A DNA stretch of 64,000 nt, from positions 1-64,000 of the IMG/VR virus record IMGVR_UViG_3300032236_001100; one strand, 5' to 3'. The position numbers and the translations under genes are program-made. Within the stretch, counting starts at the first letter, position 1. Every line of letters starts with the position of its first letter. The notes under the pieces are model-generated. The model worked only from the letters and a program-made list of their open reading frames with translations. It was not told where the DNA came from and made no database searches. Shown here piece by piece: positions 9,224 to 18,417 of the stretch. The stretch comes from a virus.

Positions 9224-9252
9224 TTGATTTTGTGTGCTACGTTTCGTATATT
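9224..9252 (+). promoter_or_regulatory. Sigma70-type promoter P5
   Basis: TTGATT-17 bp-TATATT. Confidence 0.55.
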
Positions 9253-9316
9253 AGATCTTGTCGAGAGCAAACACTGACCTGAACGCCTTCGACTCTAAAC
9301 CCGAGAGGAACATGAG

Positions 9317-10051
9317 ATGCAGAAATATGTGCCCTACGTCCGTGTGAGCAGCAAACGCCAGGGTGACAGCGGCCTGGGCCTGGAAGCTCAGGTCGAGGCC
9401 GTTAAGAAGTACGCTGAATCCAAGTCTGGTGAGATTGTCCGTGACCCGTTTGTCGAGGTCGAGACAGGCACCAAAGATCGTGTCGTGCTTCGTACTGCCC
9501 TGGCTTATGCACGTCGAACCAAGTCTACACTTGTGGTCGCCAAGCTCGACCGTATCGCCCGTGATATGAAGCTGTTCTGTGAGATCCGCGACTCTGGCAC
9601 CAACGTGGTCTTTCTTGACCTGCCAGACGTGCCGCCAGGCCCCGTTGGTCAGATCATGCTCACGATGCTTGCTGCATTCGCTGAGTTTGAAGCTAAGGTG
9701 ATTCAGGAGCGAACCAGAGCTGCGCTCGGAGTCCTCAAGAAACGTGGTGTTAAGCTCGGTGCCGCCCGTGAGGGTGCGCCTCGTCTCACTGACTCTGATC
9801 GTGCCGCTGGTCGCAAGGCCGCATCTGAGGCCATCTCTAATAAGGCTGTCAAGCGCAACGCTGACATTCTGCCGGTTGTCCTCGGTCTGCGTGAGGACGG
9901 CATGCCACTGAGTGAGATCGGTGAGTTCCTGGCTGAAAACTACGGTTCCCTCACTGCAAGCGGCCAGCCATTCGACGCTAGCCGTGTAGCCAAGCTGGTG
10001 CGAATGGCTAAGAAGGCGGGCGTCAAGCCAGCCATGCCGGTGCTTGCCTAA
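9317..10051 (+). CDS. Serine recombinase (resolvase/invertase family)
   Basis: YVRVS catalytic motif, LVVAKLDRIARD, AEFE..I.ERT..AL, GVKLG and a C-terminal HTH. Confidence 0.93.
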   Translation: MQKYVPYVRVSSKRQGDSGLGLEAQVEAVKKYAESKSGEIVRDPFVEVETGTKDRVVLRTALAYARRTKSTLVVAKLDRIARDMKLFCEIRDSGTNVVFLDLPDVPPGPVGQIMLTMLAAFAEFEAKVIQERTRAALGVLKKRGVKLGAAREGAPRLTDSDRAAGRKAASEAISNKAVKRNADILPVVLGLREDGMPLSEIGEFLAENYGSLTASGQPFDASRVAKLVRMAKKAGVKPAMPVLA

Positions 10052-10157
10052 TACGGAATGCAAGCCGCCTCAAATTATGTGGCGGCTCACTTTTAACCCC
10101 GCTCAAGATTTTTTGAATCGCCCTGCCCTGACCGGCAGCAACCGAGAGGATAATATC

Positions 10158-10583
10158 ATGACTCTGAAAGAATGGTCCGAGCTATCGCAGATTCACGCTA
10201 CGTCACCGAACGAACGTGGCAACGTATCTTTGACGATTAGCCCTACTCACTTTCACCATCGGTCGCTGTATCACCTGGATGACTACTACGTCGATTTCAT
10301 GAACGGGCCAGTTGTATGGATGAAACCCAAACTAAAAGCCGAGATCACTGTGTGGGCACCGCTTGATCACGCCACAATGCAAACGCCTCTGATCGGTCGT
10401 TGGGAAATCATGGTTGCTGGCCCATGCGATGCCGAGGCCGTAGCCAGAACGCTCATGCGAGATAAAGGTGGACATTCTGCATACTATGTCATGCCGGATC
10501 ACTGGAACCAAAACATCCGATCCAACTGGCTAACAAGCAACGGCTGGCTTTCTGGCCTTCGCGCCATACCACCCACCCAGTGA
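10158..10583 (+). CDS. Hypothetical protein
   Basis: RBS at 10143-10150. Confidence 0.75.
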   Translation: MTLKEWSELSQIHATSPNERGNVSLTISPTHFHHRSLYHLDDYYVDFMNGPVVWMKPKLKAEITVWAPLDHATMQTPLIGRWEIMVAGPCDAEAVARTLMRDKGGHSAYYVMPDHWNQNIRSNWLTSNGWLSGLRAIPPTQ

Positions 10584-10612
10584 TTTTCCCAACCCACAAC
10601 GAGGCCCAACCC

Positions 10613-11056
10613 ATGATTGCTCAGACCCGAATCCTGCCCGACTTCAACGCAATACGATCCATAGCCGAGGAGATCGGCTCAGACCTCGCTCACGAGATTC
10701 TGGAGCGTGACCTGTACGTTTCCTGGCCGGGACTCGACCAGGCCAACAGCGAGCCTCTGACGGCCCTGGGGCTCAAGCCCACCGATCCTGAGTGGTTCGA
10801 GGCCGAGAGGCTTGCCGCCAGGATGTTCACGGCTGGCCTGCTGATCTTGGATATCCAGGCTGAACTAGACAGGCTGGGTTGGAGCAGGACCACCGGCAAC
10901 CCCGATGGTCTGGCGGTTGTGCCACTCAGTCACGGCAAGGTGCAGGTTCTTGGCCTGCAAGACCAGGCGACACAAGACGCCAGGATCTTGCTCTCCAGGC
11001 TCAAGGCCGTCCGTACCGGCGTGCCCTACTCAATCACGTTCATCACCGGACTCTAA
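10613..11056 (+). CDS. Hypothetical two-domain protein (GLKP..W domain + ELDRLGW domain)
   Basis: Shares segments with the next two genes and with 33168-33668. Confidence 0.75.
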   Translation: MIAQTRILPDFNAIRSIAEEIGSDLAHEILERDLYVSWPGLDQANSEPLTALGLKPTDPEWFEAERLAARMFTAGLLILDIQAELDRLGWSRTTGNPDGLAVVPLSHGKVQVLGLQDQATQDARILLSRLKAVRTGVPYSITFITGL

Positions 11057-11110
11057 CAAGACCCCCCCCGACGTAATTTTTTGAAGTCGATTTACCAAGG
11101 AGATTTGACA

Positions 11111-11881
11111 ATGGCCAGCAGCAAGATGATCAAAGCAATCGAAGCGGAACTTGAGCGGCTTGACTGGAACGGGTCCGAGACCAACGTGTCCGGGTTCGTT
11201 ATCACCGACTACGAAGAAATGGTAGGCACATTGCCACCAAACTTCGTCGTGCTGTACGACGATCACATCCGGTTCGTTGATGATGCTGACAAGATCCTGA
11301 ACGCACTCAAGGCAGCATCGCCCGACGACGAATATGGGACCGGCCTGGACGATATCCAGCAGGATTCGGACTACCTAGCCGCTCGTCGCCAGGAACTCGT
11401 GCAGATCCTGGGGGTTATCACAACGAAGGACCATGCCGGTGTTCACTTCACCACGAACTACACCAGAGACGTACTGGAGAGCCTGGAGTGGGTTGGATGG
11501 ATCAAGATTCATAAGCCAGTCCACGAGGCCACTGGCCTGGAGTACAGCGAGGAGAACTGGTCCCTGGAAGTCACGCCCGAAGGCCAGAAGGTCGTGGACG
11601 ATGAGTACCAGGAACCCAAAGAAGAGGACGAGCGTATCTCGCTTTGCATCGACAACGGCCCTGGCGGTTACGTTGTGTCGAATCCCGACAGCATTCCGCG
11701 CCAGATCATTCACGTCATGTCACCCGATGGGCCTATGATCACGGGAAGTACCGACAGCCACTCGGTCGTGGCCGAATGTTGGGAAGCTATTAACGGACTC
11801 ACGGGCTGGAAGAGCGAAGACGAAGTCACGGTCGATCATGATCGCCAGACGATCTTCGTGTCCGGTCGCAAGCTGTCCTGA
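11111..11881 (+). CDS. Acidic hypothetical protein with N-terminal ELxRLxW domain
   Basis: AGGAG RBS; paralogous N-terminus. Confidence 0.8.
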   Translation: MASSKMIKAIEAELERLDWNGSETNVSGFVITDYEEMVGTLPPNFVVLYDDHIRFVDDADKILNALKAASPDDEYGTGLDDIQQDSDYLAARRQELVQILGVITTKDHAGVHFTTNYTRDVLESLEWVGWIKIHKPVHEATGLEYSEENWSLEVTPEGQKVVDDEYQEPKEEDERISLCIDNGPGGYVVSNPDSIPRQIIHVMSPDGPMITGSTDSHSVVAECWEAINGLTGWKSEDEVTVDHDRQTIFVSGRKLS

Positions 11882-11965
11882 GCTAACACGGGAGCCTGGT
11901 CTGAACAGGCTCCATACCCCCCCCTTCGGGATTTTTTGGGATCAAAACAGCACGGAGAATTTACG

Positions 11966-12472
11966 TTGAACGCATGTCTTGCAGCGATCAAGTCTGAACT
12001 CGACCGCTTAGGTTGGTCTCGCTCTGAGTCCAACCCCTCTGGATTCGTTGTGACCGACGAGGTTGACCTTGGGGCCACGGCTAACGGTATCACCTATAGC
12101 CACCCAGGAGACCTTCGATGGGTCCACGTTTACAACGACAGAATGGACAGATACGGCCACGCAGAACATATTCTGAGGATCTTGAAAGAACTTTCCGAAT
12201 ATGAGCATGTATTCGATTTCATCTCAGCGACAGCACCCCAAAGCCCAGCCAGGATTGGCAAGGCTTTGGGCTTCACGCTGGCAGAAATCAGGATGCGAAG
12301 CCTCATCAAGAACCGGCCAACCTTGGATCAAATGCTTCACGACTGCGAATGCAAGCATTTGATTCGCTTTGGGCTCAAGCCGGGAACACGAGCCTGGGAA
12401 GTCTTTGAGTCTTCAGCAAGACAAGCATTCGAGACAAGTGTGGCTCAACAAAATGAGGAGCAACGCCAATGA
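11966..12472 (+). CDS. Hypothetical two-domain protein (ELDRLGW domain + GLKP..W domain)
   Basis: GGAG upstream of TTG 11966; paralogous segments. Confidence 0.7.
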   Translation: MNACLAAIKSELDRLGWSRSESNPSGFVVTDEVDLGATANGITYSHPGDLRWVHVYNDRMDRYGHAEHILRILKELSEYEHVFDFISATAPQSPARIGKALGFTLAEIRMRSLIKNRPTLDQMLHDCECKHLIRFGLKPGTRAWEVFESSARQAFETSVAQQNEEQRQ

Positions 12473-12714
12473 TATGGACTCCAGCTTCGCAGCCGCCTCC
12501 ACTGCACAAAGATGAGAACCTGCTTGATACGCTGACATCGGACGATGTTTTGGCTGTAGACAAGTGGGGAAAAATTTTTGTCGCCTACATGCAGTCGGAC
12601 GAATATTACGGGACTCGCTGGCGAACAACATGCTCCGAAGGATGGATTCTGAATGAAGGAACTGTCACACACTGGATGCCACTACCACCCTTGCCAGAAA
12701 AGGACAAACCATGA
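12469..12714 (+). CDS. DUF551-like protein
   Basis: SDDVL...VTHWMPLP. Confidence 0.8.
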   Translation: MIWTPASQPPPLHKDENLLDTLTSDDVLAVDKWGKIFVAYMQSDEYYGTRWRTTCSEGWILNEGTVTHWMPLPPLPEKDKP

Positions 12715-13160
12715 ACTGGACCCCAGCCCTGATCTTGCCATCACTAAGCGAAGCCATAGGCCACCCTCGCGTGCTGGTCTCGGACGATGTGCTTGCAATC
12801 AACAATCAGCGAGAACAGTTCGTCGCATTTGTTGAGAAGAGAGAGGGCTTGGACCCACGGTGGATGTCAGGCAGGCGCGAGCTTGGCGACATCGAATACT
12901 GGATGCCCTTGCCTGCGGCACCAGACGCAGAGAAGCAAGAGCCGATGGGCAGCGTATACGTCGAACACGTTCACGTTACACAGGAGCAATTCAGCAAAGA
13001 GCCAGCTGTCTACTTTGACAAGATCGGCATCGACGGATCGACCGTGACCGTCCACAACGAAGATGGCGTCATCGGCCACCTCATTCCAGACTGGATGCTT
13101 CGCCAGATCGTGCGAGAAAATCTGGGCTTGCCTCGCAAGAACTCCGATATGTTAGTGTAA
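12711..13160 (+). CDS. DUF551-like protein with C-terminal extension
   Basis: SDDVL...IEYWMPLP; tandem paralogue of the previous gene. Confidence 0.75.
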   Translation: MNWTPALILPSLSEAIGHPRVLVSDDVLAINNQREQFVAFVEKREGLDPRWMSGRRELGDIEYWMPLPAAPDAEKQEPMGSVYVEHVHVTQEQFSKEPAVYFDKIGIDGSTVTVHNEDGVIGHLIPDWMLRQIVRENLGLPRKNSDMLV

Positions 13161-13211
13161 GGTTGACATCAACTATGCCGCTGACCCGGCACTAACCGAG
13201 AGGATTGCAGG

Positions 13212-13421
13212 ATGCACGCGACACAAGGCCACAGTAGGCTTACCCTGGCGTTTCTGACTCTGGCTGCATGTTTTACCGCTGGATGTCAGACGGCCCCGCA
13301 GAGGCCACGCTGGGAGACGACAGTGGCCATCCGGTACGAAGGCCACCCAGACGCTGAAGACAAGGTAGTTGCCGAACTCTCGATGAAAACCTCGAACCCA
13401 GTGACCGATGCCAAGAAATGA
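13212..13421 (+). CDS. Small putative lipoprotein
   Basis: Hydrophobic signal ending TAGC (lipobox-like); RBS at 13197-13204. Confidence 0.6.
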   Translation: MHATQGHSRLTLAFLTLAACFTAGCQTAPQRPRWETTVAIRYEGHPDAEDKVVAELSMKTSNPVTDAKK

Positions 13422-13487
13422 TGAACAGGTTGCCACCAGGAGCTAAAATACTTGGTGGCAACTTTGTTTTGGCATGGGAGGATTGAG

Positions 13488-13904
13488 ATGGAGTGGATCG
13501 AGGTCAAGCGGAAGTTACTCGGATTCAATATCCGCAAAGGTGAGAACAGCAGGGACAAAGGCGGCATCTACGCTGTTTTTTCGATTGCCGAACACTGCGA
13601 GGAAACCGGCGAATACCGGAACGCGATCCGCAACGGACCCACCGTGCGCTATCACGATCACGGCTGGGATGCCTTCGTGGCCCTGGCTGGCCCCTATATC
13701 GCACTGGCCGAGAATCCAGGCATGTTGGCCGATGAACGGCCTGTGGTTGCACCGTCGCCACACTCGTTCTGGAAGAAGCGACCAGGCAGACGGCCCAAGG
13801 CGATGATCGGCACCGACCAGGCTGAAGAGGGCACGGAGTCAGAAGAAGGCCAATATCGTTTTAGCTCATCGGGTATTGACTTGGGGCTCCCAAGATTGCC
13901 GTGA
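13488..13904 (+). CDS. Hypothetical protein
   Basis: GGAGG upstream of ATG 13488. Confidence 0.6.
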   Translation: MEWIEVKRKLLGFNIRKGENSRDKGGIYAVFSIAEHCEETGEYRNAIRNGPTVRYHDHGWDAFVALAGPYIALAENPGMLADERPVVAPSPHSFWKKRPGRRPKAMIGTDQAEEGTESEEGQYRFSSSGIDLGLPRLP

Positions 13905-13992
13905 GCGCATAAAAGTGCCCGGCAGGTCTGACCACCTGCCGGGCGGCACAACCCCAGGCTACGAGCCTGAAACCGAGAGGAGAGATGTGCAG

Positions 13993-14283
13993 ATGTATTC
14001 TACACCCTCAGATAAACCAAGTCAACGAGCAGGAAGCCATGACGTGAAGTGTAATGACCCGTATTGCCCTGAATGCCGGTCCCTGGCGGTATCGAACCTG
14101 ATCGACCGGATCGCCAACCTGATGTTGACCGACGAAGAAGCCGAAGAATTCTGGAAAGCTGGGCTCAACGCCATTACGCAAACCAGGGTCAAGGCACCGG
14201 CTGTCCTTGGCACCCAGGCCAAAGCGCAACCCAAGGCACCCAGACCCTGGTTCAAAGACAATCCCATGTGGCGTAACGGTTAA
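13993..14283 (+). CDS. Hypothetical protein with CxxxxCxxC
   Basis: CGAGAGGA at 13974-13981; start could also be GTG 13987. Confidence 0.6.
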   Translation: MYSTPSDKPSQRAGSHDVKCNDPYCPECRSLAVSNLIDRIANLMLTDEEAEEFWKAGLNAITQTRVKAPAVLGTQAKAQPKAPRPWFKDNPMWRNG

Positions 14284-14735
14284 TGCGAGCTGAATTCAGC
14301 CGAGACGACGTTGCCGTCTTTGCCCAGTGTTAGCCTCGCCTGTTTGTCGCCCGAAAATTCCTGGCTCTCGCCAATGATCCGGTAATCCATGTCGATCAGC
14401 ACCTGGATCGCATCGTGGTAGCTCAGGCCCTGGAGCCAGTAACCAGGCTCAACAGGCTGGGCAGCATTCGAGATGCTCTGGCGAGCTTCCTCGATGATCT
14501 TCTCGGCTTGATCTTGAAGCGAACCGTCTTCGTCCTGCTCTTCGCTTTCCTGTGGTTGCAGCGACTCGTGCAGCAGGCAAGCCATCAACACAGGTGGATC
14601 AAATACATTCGTTCGCCAGACAACAACTTGCTCGCCATCATGGTCCGCGCAGTAGGCTCGGGTTCCATCATCGTTGGTGATAACAAAGATTCGCCTGCCG
14701 TCCGTCAGATCAAAATAATCGACACTATTGGGCAT
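14280..14735 (-). CDS. Acidic hypothetical protein
   Basis: ORF convergent with the early region. Confidence 0.65.
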   Translation of the reverse strand: MPNSVDYFDLTDGRRIFVITNDDGTRAYCADHDGEQVVVWRTNVFDPPVLMACLLHESLQPQESEEQDEDGSLQDQAEKIIEEARQSISNAAQPVEPGYWLQGLSYHDAIQVLIDMDYRIIGESQEFSGDKQARLTLGKDGNVVSAEFSSH

Positions 14736-14747
14736 GAGCTTGGGTCC

Positions 14748-14775
14748 AAAAAAAAGAAGGCCCATCCTTGGGCCT
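14748..14775 (-). terminator. Intrinsic terminator
   Basis: AGGCCCA/TGGGCCT stem followed by a T-run on the minus strand. Confidence 0.65.
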
Positions 14776-14786
14776 GAGAGGGCATA

Positions 14787-14990
14787 TCAGGCAGTAGGTT
14801 CGGCAGGTGGCGCGACAGCCGCCGAGAGCTGGCTCACAATCGAGTCGATTGCGGCAATCTCGTCAGCCGTGGGCTCAACTCCCACCTTGGACTGCAACTC
14901 GGTGTTCTTCGCTCGCAGATCGCTAATCAAAGCGATAGCGGCACTGACCACGGTTGCCAACTGAGCTTCTTTTTCAGAAAGAACAGACAT
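14787..14990 (-). CDS. Small coiled-coil protein
   Basis: AAGGAG RBS; last gene of the putative lysis operon. Confidence 0.65.
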   Translation of the reverse strand: MSVLSEKEAQLATVVSAAIALISDLRAKNTELQSKVGVEPTADEIAAIDSIVSQLSAAVAPPAEPTA

Positions 14991-15005
14991 CGAGAACTCC
15001 TTCGG

Positions 15006-15242
15006 TTACTTGCAGCAACCCTTGATATCAGCGAACAGACGGCCCTTACCCTTGCCACTTCGGCAACATGGGCCAGCCGCCACAGGCTTACCTGCGGTAC
15101 AAGCCACAACAGGCTGACAGGCCGGTGCATTAACGACGACCACATGAACCGGAGCTACCGGCTTCTCAGGTGCCTTGGCAGCAGAAGCACGGCCACACTG
15201 CGACACGAGAGCCGTACAGACGACGAAAGAAAACATAAGCAC
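15006..15242 (-). CDS. Small secreted Cys-rich protein
   Basis: Signal-like N-terminus; AAGGAG RBS. Confidence 0.6.
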   Translation of the reverse strand: MLMFSFVVCTALVSQCGRASAAKAPEKPVAPVHVVVVNAPACQPVVACTAGKPVAAGPCCRSGKGKGRLFADIKGCCK

Positions 15243-15305
15243 TCCTTCAAGTGAAAAGATACCGCTGAAGCTCCGCCTTCAGCGGCACGAAAGTATCGAC
15301 CAATA

Positions 15306-15692
15306 TTACTTGGCCACGATGTATTGGCGAATGAAGTTGTAGAACGCCGGTGCATACTTCCTGAGTGTGGCCACAATGCGAACAATGATGATCACATCAG
15401 TGATCGGATCGCCCACAACATGGTCGGCCAGCTTCAGTTCGTCTTCAGTGAACGGGACAGCCGCATCCACTTCAGACTCATGAATCACAACCGGAGCCAC
15501 GGCAAACTCGGTCGTATCATCGTCAAGCGAAGCACCGGCAACAGCCGGTGCAGGCTCGCCCAGAATCCTGCCGAATAGGAAGCCCTGAACGTGATACTCG
15601 GCCTTGGCCTTGGTGGGAACATCGCCCTTGATCAAGTCGTTCAAGGCCGAGAAGTCAAGACTATCGGGGTATTTGTCGGAACGGTAAGACAC
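15306..15692 (-). CDS. Hypothetical protein with hydrophobic C-terminal helix
   Basis: AGGAG RBS; operon context. Confidence 0.65.
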   Translation of the reverse strand: MSYRSDKYPDSLDFSALNDLIKGDVPTKAKAEYHVQGFLFGRILGEPAPAVAGASLDDDTTEFAVAPVVIHESEVDAAVPFTEDELKLADHVVGDPITDVIIIVRIVATLRKYAPAFYNFIRQYIVAK

Positions 15693-15703
15693 GCTAACTC
15701 CTA

Positions 15704-16609
15704 TCAGAAAAGAGGAAAGTTGAAATTGTCTGCTGGTGCCGGAAGGCCAACAGCATGAGCAAATGCAAATGTGTCGCCTTGACCGGCCATCCGGTCAAAC
15801 ACCTCGGCGTCAACAAAAAACATGTTGTCAGGGATGTTGAACTGGCCTTTGGGCGAGCCCTGAAGATACGTGTTCCACGAGTTGCAGATTAGCACGCCAG
15901 GCCGTTTAGGATCATCACAAACGCCAAGCACGGCCATCTGGTGCCCCCATCGGCCACTTGGGGTAGAGAAGCCATCCTTATCCCGCTTGTATGTAAACCC
16001 TTGATTCGAGGCGACGGAAATCGGATACCCAGAAGCTAAGGCATCCCTGGCCTCGGTATAACCACCGATCTTTGTGAACGCCTTGACCGGGTATTGCTTG
16101 ATCGTCGTCTCCAGGTCGTCGGGAACCCCGTGACGGCCCCAGTCCTTGGAAATCGGGATCGAATACTGCGAGAGATCGTAATTGCCATACTTGCCACGCT
16201 GAATGTTGCCCCATTCAGTCAGCCACTGCGCAGCCCAGGCTCCTACGCTTCCATCGCCCCACAGCCTGCCACCACCGACCTCCACGCGAGAGCCACCGTA
16301 GATCGGCTCAGTAGCCGACTCGGCATCCCAGCGAATATTTTCATTGCCCATGATAATCTGAACGCCGATCAGGCAGTCCATCGCAGCCGCCGCACCCTGG
16401 CTGACGCATGTCCCAGCCTTGCCTTGATCGCGCACGGGGAACGGCTTGCCGGTGGCTTTCTCCAGGCACTGGTAAAGTAAAACCGTCTTACCTTTGCCGT
16501 AGTCCTTCAGCCAGGTCACATCGGCCATGCTCGGAATCGGCTGGGCAGCAGCGATTCGCTCCGACTCATCGGGCATCGGCACCCAGCCGAAAAACTGATC
16601 AACGCTCAT
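15704..16609 (-). CDS. Papain-like (C1 family) cysteine peptidase
   Basis: DQGKAGTCVS (oxyanion Q, catalytic C), WGHQM (H), NSW (N); ATGA overlap with the upstream gene fixes the start. Confidence 0.8.
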   Translation of the reverse strand: MSVDQFFGWVPMPDESERIAAAQPIPSMADVTWLKDYGKGKTVLLYQCLEKATGKPFPVRDQGKAGTCVSQGAAAAMDCLIGVQIIMGNENIRWDAESATEPIYGGSRVEVGGGRLWGDGSVGAWAAQWLTEWGNIQRGKYGNYDLSQYSIPISKDWGRHGVPDDLETTIKQYPVKAFTKIGGYTEARDALASGYPISVASNQGFTYKRDKDGFSTPSGRWGHQMAVLGVCDDPKRPGVLICNSWNTYLQGSPKGQFNIPDNMFFVDAEVFDRMAGQGDTFAFAHAVGLPAPADNFNFPLF

Positions 16610-17355
16610 GGATGGATTCCCTCCGCGAGTTCCAGCCACCACTCCCCAAAGATTTTCGGGTCTTGGTTCGCCTTGGTCTTCCACAGCTCGGAGATCCGAG
16701 GCTGGATGGCATTCATCACGTTCTTGGCGAACTTGTCCCAGTCAGGGATCTGATGGAGCGCAGCGGCATGCGCATCCATGAATTCCTTGACCGATCCGTA
16801 CTGGCCTGCCACGCCATTGTCGCCCAACGCTTTCAAGCACTCGCCCAAAGCCATGCGCTGGTCAGTGGTCAGGTTGTTATCCAGAACAGCCTGGGCAGCG
16901 ATCTCACGGAACCCCCACTTGGATGGAGCCGGTGGAACAACCGGCGTAGGAGGCGTTGGCGTAGGGGCAGGATTGGGGTTCGGTGCCGGTGGGTTCGGGT
17001 TCGGTGCCGGTGGAGGAGTCGGTGGAACCGGGAACGCATCCTCACGCACCGCCACGAGCTTCATGGCGCGACTGAGCTTGGTCCCAGCCACAATCCATGC
17101 CGTCACACGATACTGGCCAGGAGGGGCAGTCCAGACCGCTTCAGACCCGGTCGCATTGAGTTCCTGCACATCCACGGCAAACGCCGGGTTTGTCAGGCTG
17201 ATAATCTCCCACTCCGTATCGGTTGCCTCCATGCCAGACACGCTGGACCGGATCAGCCGGTAAGGCGGCGAGGCCGACGCCCCCTCGATGGTGGCATCTG
17301 CCAGGGCAGCAACGGATAGGAAAAGGCCAAAGGTCAGGCCCAGGAAACGACCCAT
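16606..17355 (-). CDS. Secreted protein with proline-rich linker
   Basis: Signal peptide (VAALA-DA); PPAPNPNPP linker between two domains. Confidence 0.75.
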   Translation of the reverse strand: MGRFLGLTFGLFLSVAALADATIEGASASPPYRLIRSSVSGMEATDTEWEIISLTNPAFAVDVQELNATGSEAVWTAPPGQYRVTAWIVAGTKLSRAMKLVAVREDAFPVPPTPPPAPNPNPPAPNPNPAPTPTPPTPVVPPAPSKWGFREIAAQAVLDNNLTTDQRMALGECLKALGDNGVAGQYGSVKEFMDAHAAALHQIPDWDKFAKNVMNAIQPRISELWKTKANQDPKIFGEWWLELAEGIHP

Positions 17356-17705
17356 GTGAGCTGGTCCCCGTTAAGGTATTCGTCGGTCACGTCGAAACAG
17401 CCGGTTTCTGTATCAAGGAGCAGGCCCCGCAGAGCATGAAGATCCTTGCTGCTCATGTCGAACAGATACTTCATGGCATCGACCATGATGCGAGTCTTTG
17501 TCTTCTGGGCAGCAACACTGGCAAAGACCTGGCCCATCACGTAGTAGTAGGGGCCATTGTTAGAGCGAGAAGCAAACTCTTTGGCGACCTTGCGAGCCTC
17601 AAAGGCATCAAGCGGAATCACGAAGCAATGAGGTTCCGGCTTGCGGTGTTCCGCTGGCATGCAGGCGTTCAAGCAATTCCGCATCGTCAGGTCGAGCGCA
17701 CTCAT
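17334..17705 (-). CDS. Hypothetical protein
   Basis: Translationally coupled ORF. Confidence 0.6.
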   Translation of the reverse strand: MSALDLTMRNCLNACMPAEHRKPEPHCFVIPLDAFEARKVAKEFASRSNNGPYYYVMGQVFASVAAQKTKTRIMVDAMKYLFDMSSKDLHALRGLLLDTETGCFDVTDEYLNGDQLTWVVSWA

Positions 17706-18178
17706 TGGCCTTGCTCCACAGCGTAACCTAGTTCGGCCATCTTCACGCTTACATCAAATGCAGTACCGTCCTGCTGCCTCACATAAACACGCCCGACATA
17801 TCGAGCAAACGTCATGTCGCCGGTCGTTTTAACCCAGACTTCTCCACCGGCCAGCAGGTCGGTGAAAGCCTGGGTGGCCTTGGCGGCAAGATCTTTATTG
17901 GGGCCGTGAAGCTCGGGTGAATTGAATCCTTCCAGGCGAATCCAGGTTTCCACGCTCACGCCAGCTTCGAGGTCCAAACGAAAGAGAGCCGTGTCGCCAT
18001 CATGTACGCGAACTACCGTGGCCCGGTGAGCCGGGTGCAGGTCGAACACGGGCATGGGGCGAATCACGGGCGGTGCCGCAGCTTGTATCGGAACAATGTC
18101 GCGAGCAAAGATAATCGCCCCGTTGGGGGTAGGGTCTTGACCGGCGAGCAGTAAAAAGAATGCAAGGAAGTTAATCAT
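17702..18178 (-). CDS. Thermonuclease (SNase-like) with signal peptide
   Basis: VVRVHDGDT, IRLEGFNSPE, ARYVG and LGYA motifs. Confidence 0.85.
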   Translation of the reverse strand: MINFLAFFLLLAGQDPTPNGAIIFARDIVPIQAAAPPVIRPMPVFDLHPAHRATVVRVHDGDTALFRLDLEAGVSVETWIRLEGFNSPELHGPNKDLAAKATQAFTDLLAGGEVWVKTTGDMTFARYVGRVYVRQQDGTAFDVSVKMAELGYAVEQGQ

Positions 18179-18347
18179 GAAGCTCTCTCAGCAGTATTTC
18201 TTCGTCCCTGAGATGCGTTTCTGATTGACTTCGCTGCCCCGTCATCCAGACCGACACTGAGCAGATTAGCATCAACACCAGCCAGACGACCGGCATCATG
18301 ATGGCGATCAAAATCAAATAGAGAATAAACTTGATGGAATCTACCAT
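18171..18347 (-). CDS. Small membrane protein (58 aa)
   Basis: Long hydrophobic stretch; ATG 18347 inside a longer listed ORF. Confidence 0.5.
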   Translation of the reverse strand: MVDSIKFILYLILIAIMMPVVWLVLMLICSVSVWMTGQRSQSETHLRDEEILLRELHD

Positions 18348-18417
18348 TGAGATCGGTCTTTGATTCGTGCGTCTATCGACCAGGCGAGGCAATACACCGC
18401 AAAAACAATCAAGACAT

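Noticed and set aside
9317-10051. IS607-type or Tn3-type mobile element
   Set aside because: No N-terminal MerR HTH, TnpB, transposase or terminal inverted repeats; the gene has the phage's own leader signals
5153-11940. Classical integron attC array
   Set aside because: The motif lacks RYYYAAC/GTTRRRY boxes and long imperfect palindromes, and the integrase shows no evident IntI-specific insertion; kept only as an analogy
16408-17319. Long opposite-strand ORFs (also 28657-29556, 9251-10063, 55057-55752)
   Set aside because: Antisense shadows of well-supported genes in GC-rich DNA, with no RBS or motifs
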